From an uncultured Chloroflexia bacterium (GTDB lineage: Bacteria > Chloroflexota > Anaerolineae > B4-G1 > SLSP01): a stretch of 64,000 bases of DNA. The stretch covers positions 1 to 64,000 of the forward strand of contig CAVVUS010000022.1 in assembly GCA_963751345.1 (NCBI GenBank), written 5' to 3'. The notes beneath the pieces were generated by a model. The model searched no databases and was not told where the DNA came from. It saw only the letters and a list, made by a program, of their open reading frames with translations. The position numbers and the translations under genes were made by a program. This document shows positions 19,139 through 28,477 of the stretch, piece by piece. The first letter of the stretch is position 1, and every line of letters starts with the position of its first letter.

Positions 19139-21556
19139 TTGAACTTCGGCTACTTCGACAACGACCGGCGTGAGTACGTCATCACCGACCCTCGGACACC
19201 GGTGAAGTGGATCAACTACATCGGCACACTGGCCTTCGGCGGCTACATCGACCACACGGGCGGGGCGGCGCTCTGCAAGGGTGATCCCGCGCTCAATCGC
19301 ATCACGTGGTACGTACCCCAACGCCCGGTCTCCGACTTCCAGGCGACGACGCTCTACCTGCGGCTGCACGGGGCCGATGGCTTTATGGTCTTCTCTCCCT
19401 ACTTCGTTCCCACATTGGACGCCTACGATCGCTACGAGTGCCACGTGGGCCTGGGCTACAGCCGGATCGTCTCTGTGATCCACGGGATCCGCACCGAGGC
19501 CACGATCTTCGTCCCCCTGGGTGAGAGCCGCGAGCTCCGCGATATCCGGATCACCAACGTATCGGACCTGCCCGTGACGCTCGATGCGATCCCGGTGGTG
19601 GACTACTCCCATCCCGAGGCGATCAAGCAGTTCGACAACAATGACTGGGTGCCGCAGACGATGGTCAGCCGCGTCATCGACGAGCCCGACGGCTGCAAGG
19701 TCCTCTGCCAGTACCCCTTCATGTTCCGCGACATCCGCCGAAACTTCCTCACGTCGAACCTACCCGTCTCCTCCTTCGAGTCCGACAGGGATGCCTTCCT
19801 TGGCTATGGCGGCTGGGCGGCGCCCGAGGCGCTGCGGCGGCCCGAGCTTGCCAACTATGAGGCGCAGCGCGGGCAGAACATCGGCGCGCTGCTGCATCAC
19901 CTGGGCACGCTGCAGCCCGGCGAGACGCGGCGGCTGATCACCCAGCTTGGCCAGGTGCCCGACGTCGAGGCAGCGCTGCCCGAGATCCGAGCCTATCGCA
20001 GCCCGGAGGCCGTCGAGGCTGCCTTCGGCAGCCTATCTGAGTTCTGGGACGTCTATCTCAGCCGTATGCAGGTCGAGACGCCTGACGCCGATATGAACGC
20101 CATGCTCAACGTTCACAATCCGCGCCAGTGCTATACCACGCTCAACTGGTCGCGCTTCCTCTCGCTCTACCAAACCGGGCTCGGGACACGCGGCATCGGC
20201 ATGCGCGACAGCTCGCAGGACGCGATGGGCGTCGTGGGCAATGCGCCCATTGAGGCCCGCGCGCTGATGGTGAAGCTGCTCCAGGTACAGCGCAAGGACG
20301 GCGCCGGTATGCACCAATTCTATCCCTCGACGATGGAAGCCACCATTGGTGACGCGGCAGAGGGCGTGGATCGTCCCGACTACTATGGAGACGACCACCT
20401 CTGGCTGGTCCTGGCGGTCACGGCCTACGTCAAGGAGACCGGCGACCTCGCCTTCCTCGACGAGGTGCTGCCCTACTACGAGAAGGACGCCGACGGCGTC
20501 CCGCAGTCCACAGGGACCGTGCTCAACCACCTGCAGCGCGCGCTGGCGTTCACGTGGCTTCACACCGGCGCACACGGGCTCCCACTCCTGGGCTTCGCCG
20601 ACTGGAACGACACGATGAACCTGCGCAAGGGCGCCGAGTCGCTCTTCAACGCCCACCTCTTCGGCGTCGCGCTGCGCGAGATGACGACCTTGGCGGACCA
20701 CCTGGGCGACGCCAGGCTGGCGGCGACCTGCCGCGAGCAGTACGCGACGATGCGCGAGCGGGTGAACGAGACGGCGTGGGACGGCAACCTGGGCGGCGGC
20801 ACGTGGTACGTCCGCTACTTCGACAGCGACGGCAGCCCCATCGGCTCGGCGCAGAACGACAAGGGCCGGATCTACCTCAACGCCCAGTCGTGGGCCGTCC
20901 TCTCGGGATTCGCGACGCCCGCGCGGGCACGCCAGGCGCTCGATGCCGCCCGTAAGTGGCTGGACACCGCCAACGGGCTCAAGGTCGGCACGCCAGGCTA
21001 CGATGGCTTCGACCCCGACAAGGGCGGGATCACTACTTACCCACCGGGCACCAAGGAGAATTGCGGCGTCTTCCTTCACACCAATCCGTGGATGATGATC
21101 GCCGAGACGATGGTGGGGCACGGCGACCGCGCCTACGACTACTACTCCCAGATCAACCCGGCGACGCGCAACGATCGCATTGACGCCTTCGAGGTCGAGC
21201 CCTACGTCTACTGCCAGAACATCCTCAGCGACGAGCACCCCCAGTTTGGGCTCGGGCGCAATAGCTGGCTGACAGGCACCGCCTCGTGGGCCTACCAGGC
21301 GGGCACCCAGTACATCCTGGGCATCCGGCCGACTTACGACGGGCTGCAGATCGATCCCTGCATCCCGGCGGCGTGGGATGGATTCCGCGCGCGCCGCATC
21401 TTCCGCGGCGCCGCCTACGAGATCACCGTGACCAACCCCGACCACGTCAGCAAGGGCGTCCGCGCGATGGCGGTCGATGGCCAACCGGTCGGAGGCGCGA
21501 TCGTCCCGATCTTCGACGACGGCGCGGTGCACGTGGTCGAAGTGAAGATGGGGTGA
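19139..21556 (+). CDS. GH94 glycoside phosphorylase (cellobiose/chitobiose/cellodextrin phosphorylase family)
   Basis: FGYFD...REYVIT, G.RDSSQD, DDHLWL, ADWND, KEN.GVF.H, SWLTGTA.W. Confidence 0.92.
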   Translation: MNFGYFDNDRREYVITDPRTPVKWINYIGTLAFGGYIDHTGGAALCKGDPALNRITWYVPQRPVSDFQATTLYLRLHGADGFMVFSPYFVPTLDAYDRYECHVGLGYSRIVSVIHGIRTEATIFVPLGESRELRDIRITNVSDLPVTLDAIPVVDYSHPEAIKQFDNNDWVPQTMVSRVIDEPDGCKVLCQYPFMFRDIRRNFLTSNLPVSSFESDRDAFLGYGGWAAPEALRRPELANYEAQRGQNIGALLHHLGTLQPGETRRLITQLGQVPDVEAALPEIRAYRSPEAVEAAFGSLSEFWDVYLSRMQVETPDADMNAMLNVHNPRQCYTTLNWSRFLSLYQTGLGTRGIGMRDSSQDAMGVVGNAPIEARALMVKLLQVQRKDGAGMHQFYPSTMEATIGDAAEGVDRPDYYGDDHLWLVLAVTAYVKETGDLAFLDEVLPYYEKDADGVPQSTGTVLNHLQRALAFTWLHTGAHGLPLLGFADWNDTMNLRKGAESLFNAHLFGVALREMTTLADHLGDARLAATCREQYATMRERVNETAWDGNLGGGTWYVRYFDSDGSPIGSAQNDKGRIYLNAQSWAVLSGFATPARARQALDAARKWLDTANGLKVGTPGYDGFDPDKGGITTYPPGTKENCGVFLHTNPWMMIAETMVGHGDRAYDYYSQINPATRNDRIDAFEVEPYVYCQNILSDEHPQFGLGRNSWLTGTASWAYQAGTQYILGIRPTYDGLQIDPCIPAAWDGFRARRIFRGAAYEITVTNPDHVSKGVRAMAVDGQPVGGAIVPIFDDGAVHVVEVKMG

Positions 21557-21558
21557 AG

Positions 21559-21675
21559 AAGTTGTCAGTTAGCAGTTGTCAGTTATCGGTTGCGGAGACG
21601 GAGGGGGCCGATCGGTGCCTGAAGTGGCATCTACCTTTCGGGAGCTGACAACCGCCAACTGAAAACTGATAACCG
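21559..21675. repeat. Heptamer palindrome, family B
   Basis: GTTGTCA GTTAGCA GTTGTCA GTTATCG ... TGACAAC CGCCAAC TGAAAAC TGATAAC. Confidence 0.8.
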
Positions 21676-21706
21676 GTTGCGCGGAACTGCGTCAGAGGAG
21701 CATAGG

Positions 21707-22333
21707 ATGAAAGTCTTGGTGACCGCCTTCGAGCCCTTCGGCGGCGAGGAGATCAACCCCGCCCTGGAGGCCGTGGCCCTGCTGCCGGACACGATCGCCG
21801 GGGCAGAGATCGTCAAATTGACGGTGCCGACCGTCTTCCACGAGGCGCTCGATGTACTCAACGTCGCCCTCGACCGCGAACGCCCCGACGTCACCATCGG
21901 CGTGGGCCAGGCGGGTGGGTACACCGGACTGGCGATCGAGCGGGTTGCCATCAACGTCGACGACGCCCGCATCGAGGACAACGCCGGCAACCTGCCGGTC
22001 GACGCGCCGATCGTGCCGGACGGCCCCGCCGCCTACTTCGCCACCCTACCCATCAAGGCGATCGTCGCCGCGATCCACGAGGGCGGGCTGCCCGCGTCGG
22101 TCTCCAACAGCGCGGGCACCTTCGTCTGCAATCACCTCATGTACGGCCTGCTCCACGCCGCCGACCACCGCTTCCCCGCGATGTGCGCCGGCTTCATCCA
22201 CGTCCCCTACCTGCCCGAACAGGCCGTTGAGAAGCGTGACCAGCCGAGTATGTCGCTTGGCGACATCGTCAGGGGGCTGACGTTGGCGGTGGGGGTGATA
22301 GTGGACTCTCGTCCTGACGGCGTAGCCTTGTAG
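21707..22333 (+). CDS. pcp: Pyroglutamyl-peptidase I
   Basis: LVTAFEPFGGE.INP, GQAGG, ERVAIN, SAGTFVCN, GFIHVP. Confidence 0.95.
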   Translation: MKVLVTAFEPFGGEEINPALEAVALLPDTIAGAEIVKLTVPTVFHEALDVLNVALDRERPDVTIGVGQAGGYTGLAIERVAINVDDARIEDNAGNLPVDAPIVPDGPAAYFATLPIKAIVAAIHEGGLPASVSNSAGTFVCNHLMYGLLHAADHRFPAMCAGFIHVPYLPEQAVEKRDQPSMSLGDIVRGLTLAVGVIVDSRPDGVAL

Positions 22334-22431
22334 GGTGGCGTGATTCTTGCATCGCTCCTGCTTTGACGGAGCGATGTCCTGAGTGGGGAACCGCAGAGAT
22401 CCTGGCCGTGCAACGTAGCGAAGCGCGCTCG

Positions 22432-22872
22432 CTACTCGGTCGCGCCCTCGGCAAACACCTTAAAGCGCTCCATGTCCTTCTGGGTCTGCTTGGGAAAAGC
22501 GCCTCGCATGAAGAGGGCCATCACCGCCATGAGCCCGGTGAACCTGAACTCGTTCTCCATCCGCCAGTGAGTCTTTGTCGGATCGGCCTCCTCGAAGTAG
22601 TTCTGACTGGCATTCCACACGCCCTTCGCCTCGTAGACCGCGGAGAACTCGTCAGGCAACCTCCGGGTGGTGATCGTCTCGGTCATCTCGGTACGTCGCC
22701 CGCCCTGCTCGTAGACCAGCCGCGATTTCGCTCCCGGATGTCCTGCCTCGCCGCTGACAAGCTCGAAGCTCTGAAGCCCAGGCTGCCACTTCGCCAGATT
22801 GTCCGGGTTGTCGAAAAGCTCTATAACCCGCTCACGCGGCAGATCGATGATGACCTCATTCGTGTACTTCAT
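22432..22872 (-). CDS. SRPBCC family protein
   Basis: MKYT.EV.IDLPRERVIELFDNPDNL.KWQPG; C-terminal MERFK.FAE helix. Confidence 0.8.
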   Translation of the reverse strand: MKYTNEVIIDLPRERVIELFDNPDNLAKWQPGLQSFELVSGEAGHPGAKSRLVYEQGGRRTEMTETITTRRLPDEFSAVYEAKGVWNASQNYFEEADPTKTHWRMENEFRFTGLMAVMALFMRGAFPKQTQKDMERFKVFAEGATE

Positions 22873-22941
22873 CACCGTCCCCACCTATGGGCTATGGAGT
22901 ATTTATATAATAAGTATAACACAAATCTGGCGAATAGATAG

Positions 22942-23505
22942 TCAGCGGAGTGCTGATGGCCCCGGGCGGTCAGATGGCGTGTGCGGTCCGGGTGCCGGAG
23001 CGCGGTCGATCGCGTACTTGCGCAGGGTCATGCCGAAGTACTCGGCCTCGACAAGGAACGCCATGCCACACTTGAGCAGCACCCGCTGAGAGGCGACGTT
23101 ATCCGGGTGCACGAGCCCGATGATCGTGGTCAAGCCCAGGGTCTCGAAGCCGAACTGCAGCCCCGCCCGCGCGCCCTCGGTGGCGTATCCCTTGCCCCAA
23201 GTGTCTTTGCTCAGGAGGTAGCCCACCTCCACCTCACCGGTCTCCGGCAGGTACTGCAGTCCGTTCCAGCCGATGAGCGTGTCCCCGTCGCGCGGCTGCA
23301 CGGCCCACCACCCCAGCCCGTGTTCCTCCCAGTGCGCCAGTTGCCGCTCGATGAGGCGCTTCGCCTTCTCCAACGTCGGCGGCGTCGACGGAGGGAAGTA
23401 TTGCGGGATGTTCTCCTGGAGCAGGATGCGATAGACTGGCTCGGCGTCTGTCGCCTCGAACGGGCGTAAGGTCAACCGCGGTGTTGTAACGGTCGGAATG
23501 GGCAC
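22942..23505 (-). CDS. RimJ/RimL-type GNAT acetyltransferase
   Basis: TPRLTLRP, EVGYLL..WGKGYATE, N.ASQRVL.K.G. Confidence 0.9.
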   Translation of the reverse strand: MPIPTVTTPRLTLRPFEATDAEPVYRILLQENIPQYFPPSTPPTLEKAKRLIERQLAHWEEHGLGWWAVQPRDGDTLIGWNGLQYLPETGEVEVGYLLSKDTWGKGYATEGARAGLQFGFETLGLTTIIGLVHPDNVASQRVLLKCGMAFLVEAEYFGMTLRKYAIDRAPAPGPHTPSDRPGPSALR

Positions 23506-23517
23506 TAAAACCGTCCT

Positions 23518-23655
23518 TCAGCTAGAGAGGGCTGCTAGCAACCGGAACTCCGCGAAGGTCGTCCCACTCGTGTATTCCTCGATGCGCTCAATAGCTTCCA
23601 GCATATCGCTAATACGGAGACGCCAGTCCCGCCGAGCGCTTCTAGGGGGTGACAA
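23518..23655 (-). pseudogene. Truncated HepT/DUF86 (HEPN) toxin, about 45 aa
   Basis: RDWRLRISDMLEAIERIEEYT.G..F.EF then stop; overlaps the MNT stop; no RX4H motif. Confidence 0.75.
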
Positions 23656-23935
23656 CCACAGACTCCTCAAGCACACTCTCTCGCAGCTCGGGGCGGAGGG
23701 CATCTGGCGTACCCAGATCGACCGGGCAGCCAAGGATCTCTTCTAGCTGGTGCTTCAGAGCGACCAACTGGAAGAGCCCTACCGGTCGACCGAACTCGAC
23801 GAGAAGATCAACGTCGCTGTTGGATGTTGCCTCGTTGCGTGCCACGGACCCGAATAGGATCAGTGAGGTGACGCCGGCAGCCCGAAGACTGTCCGCAGAG
23901 CCCTTTAGACGCGCTACGACATCATCTTTTTGCAT
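23642..23935 (-). CDS. MNT (minimal nucleotidyltransferase) antitoxin
   Basis: GSVARNEATSNSDVD matches GSX10DXD; LEEILG.PVDL. Confidence 0.9.
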   Translation of the reverse strand: MQKDDVVARLKGSADSLRAAGVTSLILFGSVARNEATSNSDVDLLVEFGRPVGLFQLVALKHQLEEILGCPVDLGTPDALRPELRESVLEESVVVTP

Positions 23936-24001
23936 ATCGGCACCGTCATCATCCTCTTCTCCACCAGTATACCGCACGTTCGGACCAAAGTTACACGACG
24001 C

Positions 24002-24029
24002 TTGACAGCCCCCTTGCGGATGCTACAGT
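24002..24029 (+). promoter_or_regulatory. sigma70-type promoter
   Basis: TTGACA-16 bp-TACAGT with extended TG. Confidence 0.6.
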
Positions 24030-24076
24030 GCCGAGAGACAGCTAACAGCTTCTCGCTATCTCGAAAGGAGGCACTC

Positions 24077-25075
24077 ATGCCACCGATCCGCATCGGTCTC
24101 TACGGCACCAACGGACACCAGATCCACAACGCGCTGATCGATAACCCGCTCGGGGTCTGCGTCGCGACGGCAGCGTTCGACCGCGACCGGCTGCCCGAGC
24201 CGCTGCGCGCCGATCCGGGCATCCGCCATTACGCGACGCTCGACGAGCTGCTGGCGGACGACGAGGTCGATCTGGTCTCGCTCTGCTCGCCGCGGCGGCG
24301 CGACCAGGCGCAGGAGTCGATCCGCGCCATGGAAGCGGGCAAGCACGTCTACGCCGAGAAGCCCGCGGCGATGACCGAGCCCGAGCTGGACGCGCTCCTC
24401 GCGGCGGTCGACGCCACCGGCAAGAGCTTCCACGAGATGTGGACGGGCTCTGCCTGCGCCCAGCCCTACTGGGCGATGCGCCAGATCGTCCAGGCGGGCA
24501 CGCTCGGCGAGGTGATCCAGGTGCTCGTCCAGAAGTCGTACCCCCTGCAGCACAACCGCCCCCAGGACGAGGACGTCGACGGTGGCCTGATCCTGCAGGT
24601 CGGGGTTCACGCGCTGCGCTTCGTGGAGTTCACCGCGGGCGTGAAGGTCGACGAGATCTGGGCGATCGATACCCAACTCGGCAATCCGGGCGAGGGCGAC
24701 CTGCGCGTCGCGGCCTCGATGATGTGCCGCCTGGCCAACGGCGGGGTGGCGAGCGTGATCTGCAACTATCTCAATCCGCCCGCCTTCGGGATGCACGGCA
24801 ACGAGATGGTGCGCATCTTCGGCACCGGAGGGCTTCCTGGAGTCGACCGACGGCGGGACGCGGACGCGGCTGGTGCTCAACGAGGAGGACCGCGGTCCGC
24901 TGGAGATCACCGAGCCCGGCAAGCGCTACCTCGACCTGGTCCTGGCCTCGCTATTCGGCCACGATGTGATGCCGCTGACACTGGAGGACGAGCTCCACCC
25001 CACGCGCATGCTGATGCGCGCGGCGACGGGCGCGAGCAGATCGCGAACGCGCGCGGACTCACAGGCGCCGGGTAG
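24077..25075 (+). CDS. Gfo/Idh/MocA oxidoreductase (frameshift near 24830; 3' end uncertain)
   Basis: ELLADDEVDLV, AGKHVYAEKP, GGLILQVGVH. Confidence 0.8.
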   Translation: MPPIRIGLYGTNGHQIHNALIDNPLGVCVATAAFDRDRLPEPLRADPGIRHYATLDELLADDEVDLVSLCSPRRRDQAQESIRAMEAGKHVYAEKPAAMTEPELDALLAAVDATGKSFHEMWTGSACAQPYWAMRQIVQAGTLGEVIQVLVQKSYPLQHNRPQDEDVDGGLILQVGVHALRFVEFTAGVKVDEIWAIDTQLGNPGEGDLRVAASMMCRLANGGVASVICNYLNPPAFGMHGNEMVRIFGTGGLPGVDRRRDADAAGAQRGGPRSAGDHRARQALPRPGPGLAIRPRCDAADTGGRAPPHAHADARGDGREQIANARGLTGAG

Positions 25076-25085
25076 CCGGGTAGCT

Positions 25086-26024
25086 GTGACAACCTTTCGC
25101 TTGGCGGTGATCTCCGACGTTCACGGCAACCTCCCGGCGCTGGAGGCCGTGCTGGCGGACATTCGAGAGCAGGGCGTGGACGCCATCGCCTCGGCTGGTG
25201 ACATGACCAGCGGGACCGATGCCGAGGAAGTCGTCGCGCGGGTCCAGGAGCTTGCGCGCTGGTCAATTGCGGGCAATCACGAACGGTACTACGCCCCTGA
25301 AGAGGGCGCAGCGCCATCAGACGTTGTGCGCCCGGGTCGCCAGTGGGCGCCCCAGCGATGGTGCTACGAGCGTCTATCGCGGGCGACGCTCCGGACCCTG
25401 GCACGGCTCCCGGAACAGGTAGTCATCCGGGTCGACGGTGCAGACCCGATTCGGCTCCTGCACGGTGCGCCGTCGGGCATCGCCGACCACCTCTACCCGG
25501 ACAACAACCCGACGGCGTTGGCCCACTTTCAACGGGCGGGCATCCTGCCGGATGCACCCACGCCCCTTCGCACGGCAATCGCGGACGTGCCGGAGCCGGT
25601 TATTGTCTGCGGTCACACGCACATCCCGTGGGTCCAGGTTGAGGACAAGTGCCTCGTGGTCAACGCCGGCGCGGTCGGCGCCCCGATCAACGGCGACAAC
25701 CGTGCGCAGTACGCGATCCTGACGTGGGAGGCCGGCCGCTGGCGCGCCGAACACCGGGCGGTGCCCTACGACCTTGAGCAGGTGCGGGAGAGTTACGTGA
25801 CGAGCGGATACCTGGCGGAGGGAGGCGCCTTCGCGCTTGCCTTGCTGCGGAGCGTTGAGACCGGCCTGGCCTGGACCGTCGCGCTGCTCAGGCACGTCTT
25901 CGCTCACGCACGGGCGGTCGGCTGGGACGACGGAACAACCATGCCGGACGACGTTTGGGACGAGGGCGTTGCGACGTTCGATTGGACGACCTATCCCGAA
26001 CCGGAACCGAGGACCGACCTGTGA
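25086..26024 (+). CDS. Calcineurin-like metallophosphoesterase
   Basis: ISDVHGN, AGD, GNHE, LHG, GHTH, NAGAVG. Confidence 0.88.
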   Translation: MTTFRLAVISDVHGNLPALEAVLADIREQGVDAIASAGDMTSGTDAEEVVARVQELARWSIAGNHERYYAPEEGAAPSDVVRPGRQWAPQRWCYERLSRATLRTLARLPEQVVIRVDGADPIRLLHGAPSGIADHLYPDNNPTALAHFQRAGILPDAPTPLRTAIADVPEPVIVCGHTHIPWVQVEDKCLVVNAGAVGAPINGDNRAQYAILTWEAGRWRAEHRAVPYDLEQVRESYVTSGYLAEGGAFALALLRSVETGLAWTVALLRHVFAHARAVGWDDGTTMPDDVWDEGVATFDWTTYPEPEPRTDL

Positions 26025-27165
26025 TGATGACCCCACGACAACGTTTTCTCGAGACGATGCACTTCGGCCATCCCGACAAGGTGCCGCTGCAGCCGGGCGG
26101 GCCGCGTGAGTCGACGCTGGCAGCCTGGCACGCGCAGGGGCTGCCCGAGGACGTGGCCTGGTATCCCTACTTGATGGAGCTGCTGGGCATCGAGCCCGAG
26201 GTCACCAAGCCGCCACGTCGAATCTGGGCGTCTCGTTCATCATGATCCCCACCTTCGAGGAGGAAGGTGCTCGAACACCGCGACGGCCACTACATCGTCC
26301 GCGACTGGATGGGCGCCATCACCGAGATCTCCGACACCTACGACTACACCTACATCCGCACCGCCAAGGATTTCGTCACCCGCAAGTGGCACAGCTTCCC
26401 GGTCAAGACGCGCGAGGACTGGGAGGAGAAGCTGCGCTGGCGCTACGATCCGCACGATCCCGAAGCGCTTCCCCGACGACTTCGAGACGCGCTGCGCGAC
26501 ACTGCGCGAGCGCGACACCATCCTGTCGATCTCATTCAGCGGTGCTTTCTGGCAACTGCGCGAGTGGTGCGGGATGGAGGGGCTCTGCCTGCTGATGGCC
26601 GAACAGCCCGAGTTCGTGGAGGAGATGGAGGCGTTCTGGACCGATTTCGTGCTGCAGACGCTGGCAGCCCATCCTCCGACTGGCGCCGCCGGATCACGTG
26701 GTGGTCAACGAGGACATGGCCTACAAACTGCACAGCATGATCTCACCCAAGATGGCCCGCCGCTTCCTGATGCCCGCCTGGAAGGCGTGGGTCTCGGCGA
26801 TCAAGGCAGCGAGCCCGGAGACGGTGGTGGAGATGGACTCGGACGGCTACAACGCCGAGCTGCTGCCGCTGTGGATCGAGGCCGGGTTCGACGCCGTATC
26901 GCCGATGGAGGTCGCGGCGGGCAACGACATCGTCGCCTACCGCCGCCGGTACGGCGACCGCATCGCGTTCCGCGGCGGCATCGACAAGCGGGCGCTGGCC
27001 AAGGGCGGCGACGTCATGCGGGCCGAGCTTGCCCGCGTGGTCCCGCCGCTGCTGGCGACCGGCGGCTATATCCCAAGCTGCGATCACGGCGTCCCGCCCG
27101 ACATCTCGTGGCCAAACTTCGTAGACTATTCGAGGCTGCTCGCGAAGATGACGGGGTGGTTGTAG
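26024..27165 (+). CDS. Uroporphyrinogen decarboxylase (URO-D/MtaA-like) family protein, multiple frameshifts
   Basis: MTPRQRF, EDMAYK..SMISP, DSDG, PMEVAAGND, GGIDK, GGYIP.CDHGVP. Confidence 0.8.
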
Positions 27166-27169
27166 ACTC

Positions 27170-27256
27170 TGACGAGTGACAGGTGACGATTGACCGGAGA
27201 GGGTCCGATCACCCGTCACAGTGTCCCGCTGCAGTTGCAGAATCGTCACCCGTCAT
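27170..27256. repeat. Heptamer palindrome (TGACG / CGTCA), family C copy 1
   Basis: TGACGAG TGACAGG TGACGAT TGACCGG ... ATCGTCA CCCGTCA. Confidence 0.7.
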
Positions 27257-27276
27257 GCTAGAGGAGAGACACCAAC

Positions 27277-28377
27277 TTGTCGATAGCACCTTCCTTATCC
27301 GCTCACGATAGGCTGGTCGCCGCGCTCGCGGGCGAGCCGGTCGACCACCTGCCCTTCAGCCCCTTCCTGGCCTATGTGTGGGAGAGCTTCCCCAAGTCCA
27401 TCCGGGACGCCGGGCAACTGGCATTCCATCACCGGATCGGAGCGACGCCGCTCTGGCGCGGCGCGCCCTGCCCCGTGCGCGAGCTGCCATTGGCCGGCGT
27501 CGAGGTCATCCCTCGACAGTCAGGTCGCGACACCCACATCGAGACGCGCACCCCGGTCGGCACCCTCTACGAGGTCAAGCGCCGCAGCCACGACGGCAAC
27601 ACGGACTTCCTGATCGAGCATCCGCTCAAGACCGAGGCCGACTTCCGGACCCAGCTCTGGATCGAGGAGCACACCATCTACGAGGTGGACCTGTCGCCGG
27701 TCCGCGAGCACCTTGCGGGCGATGGCCGCGAGGGGCTCTCCATCGGCATGCTGCTTCCCAGGAGCAAGTCCGCGTACCAGATGATGGTGGAGCACTACGT
27801 AGGCACCGAGGAGCTCGTCTATGCCCTGGCCGACTTCCCAAAGACCGTGGAGACGTTATGGTCGGCGATGGTGGCCAACGATCTGAAGGCCGCGCAGTTG
27901 GCGATGGAGACCGGGTTCTACGCCTACTACCTGACGTGGGAGGACTCCAGCACGCAGAACTATGCCCCCAGCCAATACCAACGCTACATCGCGTCGGAGA
28001 TCCAGCAGTGGTGCACGCTGCTGGATACGAATGGGATGGCCTACATCCAGCACGCCTGCGGCCACGTGCGCCACTTGCTGATGCCGATGAAGGCGAGCGG
28101 CGTGATGGGCATCGAGTCGATCTCGCCACCGCCGACCGGCAATATCACGATCAGGGAGGCGCGCGATCTCCTGGGCAGCGACGTTGCCATCATCGGCGGG
28201 ATCGAGCCCACCCGGTTCCTCTCGCTTTCGCCGGCAGAGCTGGAGCCCTACGTCGAGCAGGTCATCGCCGATGGGCGGGGCGGCCCCTTCGTCCTGGCCA
28301 ACTCGGACTCCTGTCCGCCGGGTGTCACCCTGGAGAAGTTTGAGCTGGTGGCGCGGATGGCACGGAACCACAGATGA
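27277..28377 (+). CDS. URO-D/MtaA-like family protein
   Basis: DRLVAAL.GEPVD, ETRTPVG.L, HACG, IES..PPPTGN, GGI, SDSCPPG. Confidence 0.8.
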   Translation: MSIAPSLSAHDRLVAALAGEPVDHLPFSPFLAYVWESFPKSIRDAGQLAFHHRIGATPLWRGAPCPVRELPLAGVEVIPRQSGRDTHIETRTPVGTLYEVKRRSHDGNTDFLIEHPLKTEADFRTQLWIEEHTIYEVDLSPVREHLAGDGREGLSIGMLLPRSKSAYQMMVEHYVGTEELVYALADFPKTVETLWSAMVANDLKAAQLAMETGFYAYYLTWEDSSTQNYAPSQYQRYIASEIQQWCTLLDTNGMAYIQHACGHVRHLLMPMKASGVMGIESISPPPTGNITIREARDLLGSDVAIIGGIEPTRFLSLSPAELEPYVEQVIADGRGGPFVLANSDSCPPGVTLEKFELVARMARNHR

Positions 28378-28459
28378 CGATTGACGGGTGACGATTGACC
28401 GGCGAACACTCCCTCCGGTCGATCGTCAACTTGTCCCGATGCAGTTGCGGGATCGTCAC
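28374..28459. repeat. Heptamer palindrome, family C copy 2
   Basis: Shares GGTGACGATTGACCGG and TGTCCCG.TGCAGTTGC...ATCGTCAC with 27170-27256. Confidence 0.75.
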
Positions 28460-28477
28460 AAGCAAGGAGTACTGATA

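Noticed and set aside
24873-26024. Gfo oxidoreductase-metallophosphoesterase fusion
   Set aside because: The frame is continuous, but the junction is low-complexity, another frame stops at 25075 and a GTG follows at 25086; it cannot be distinguished from an indel
14895-28459. CRISPR array or integron attC sites
   Set aside because: No constant repeat with unique spacers, no cas or intI gene, and no consistent RYYYAAC/GTTRRRY ends
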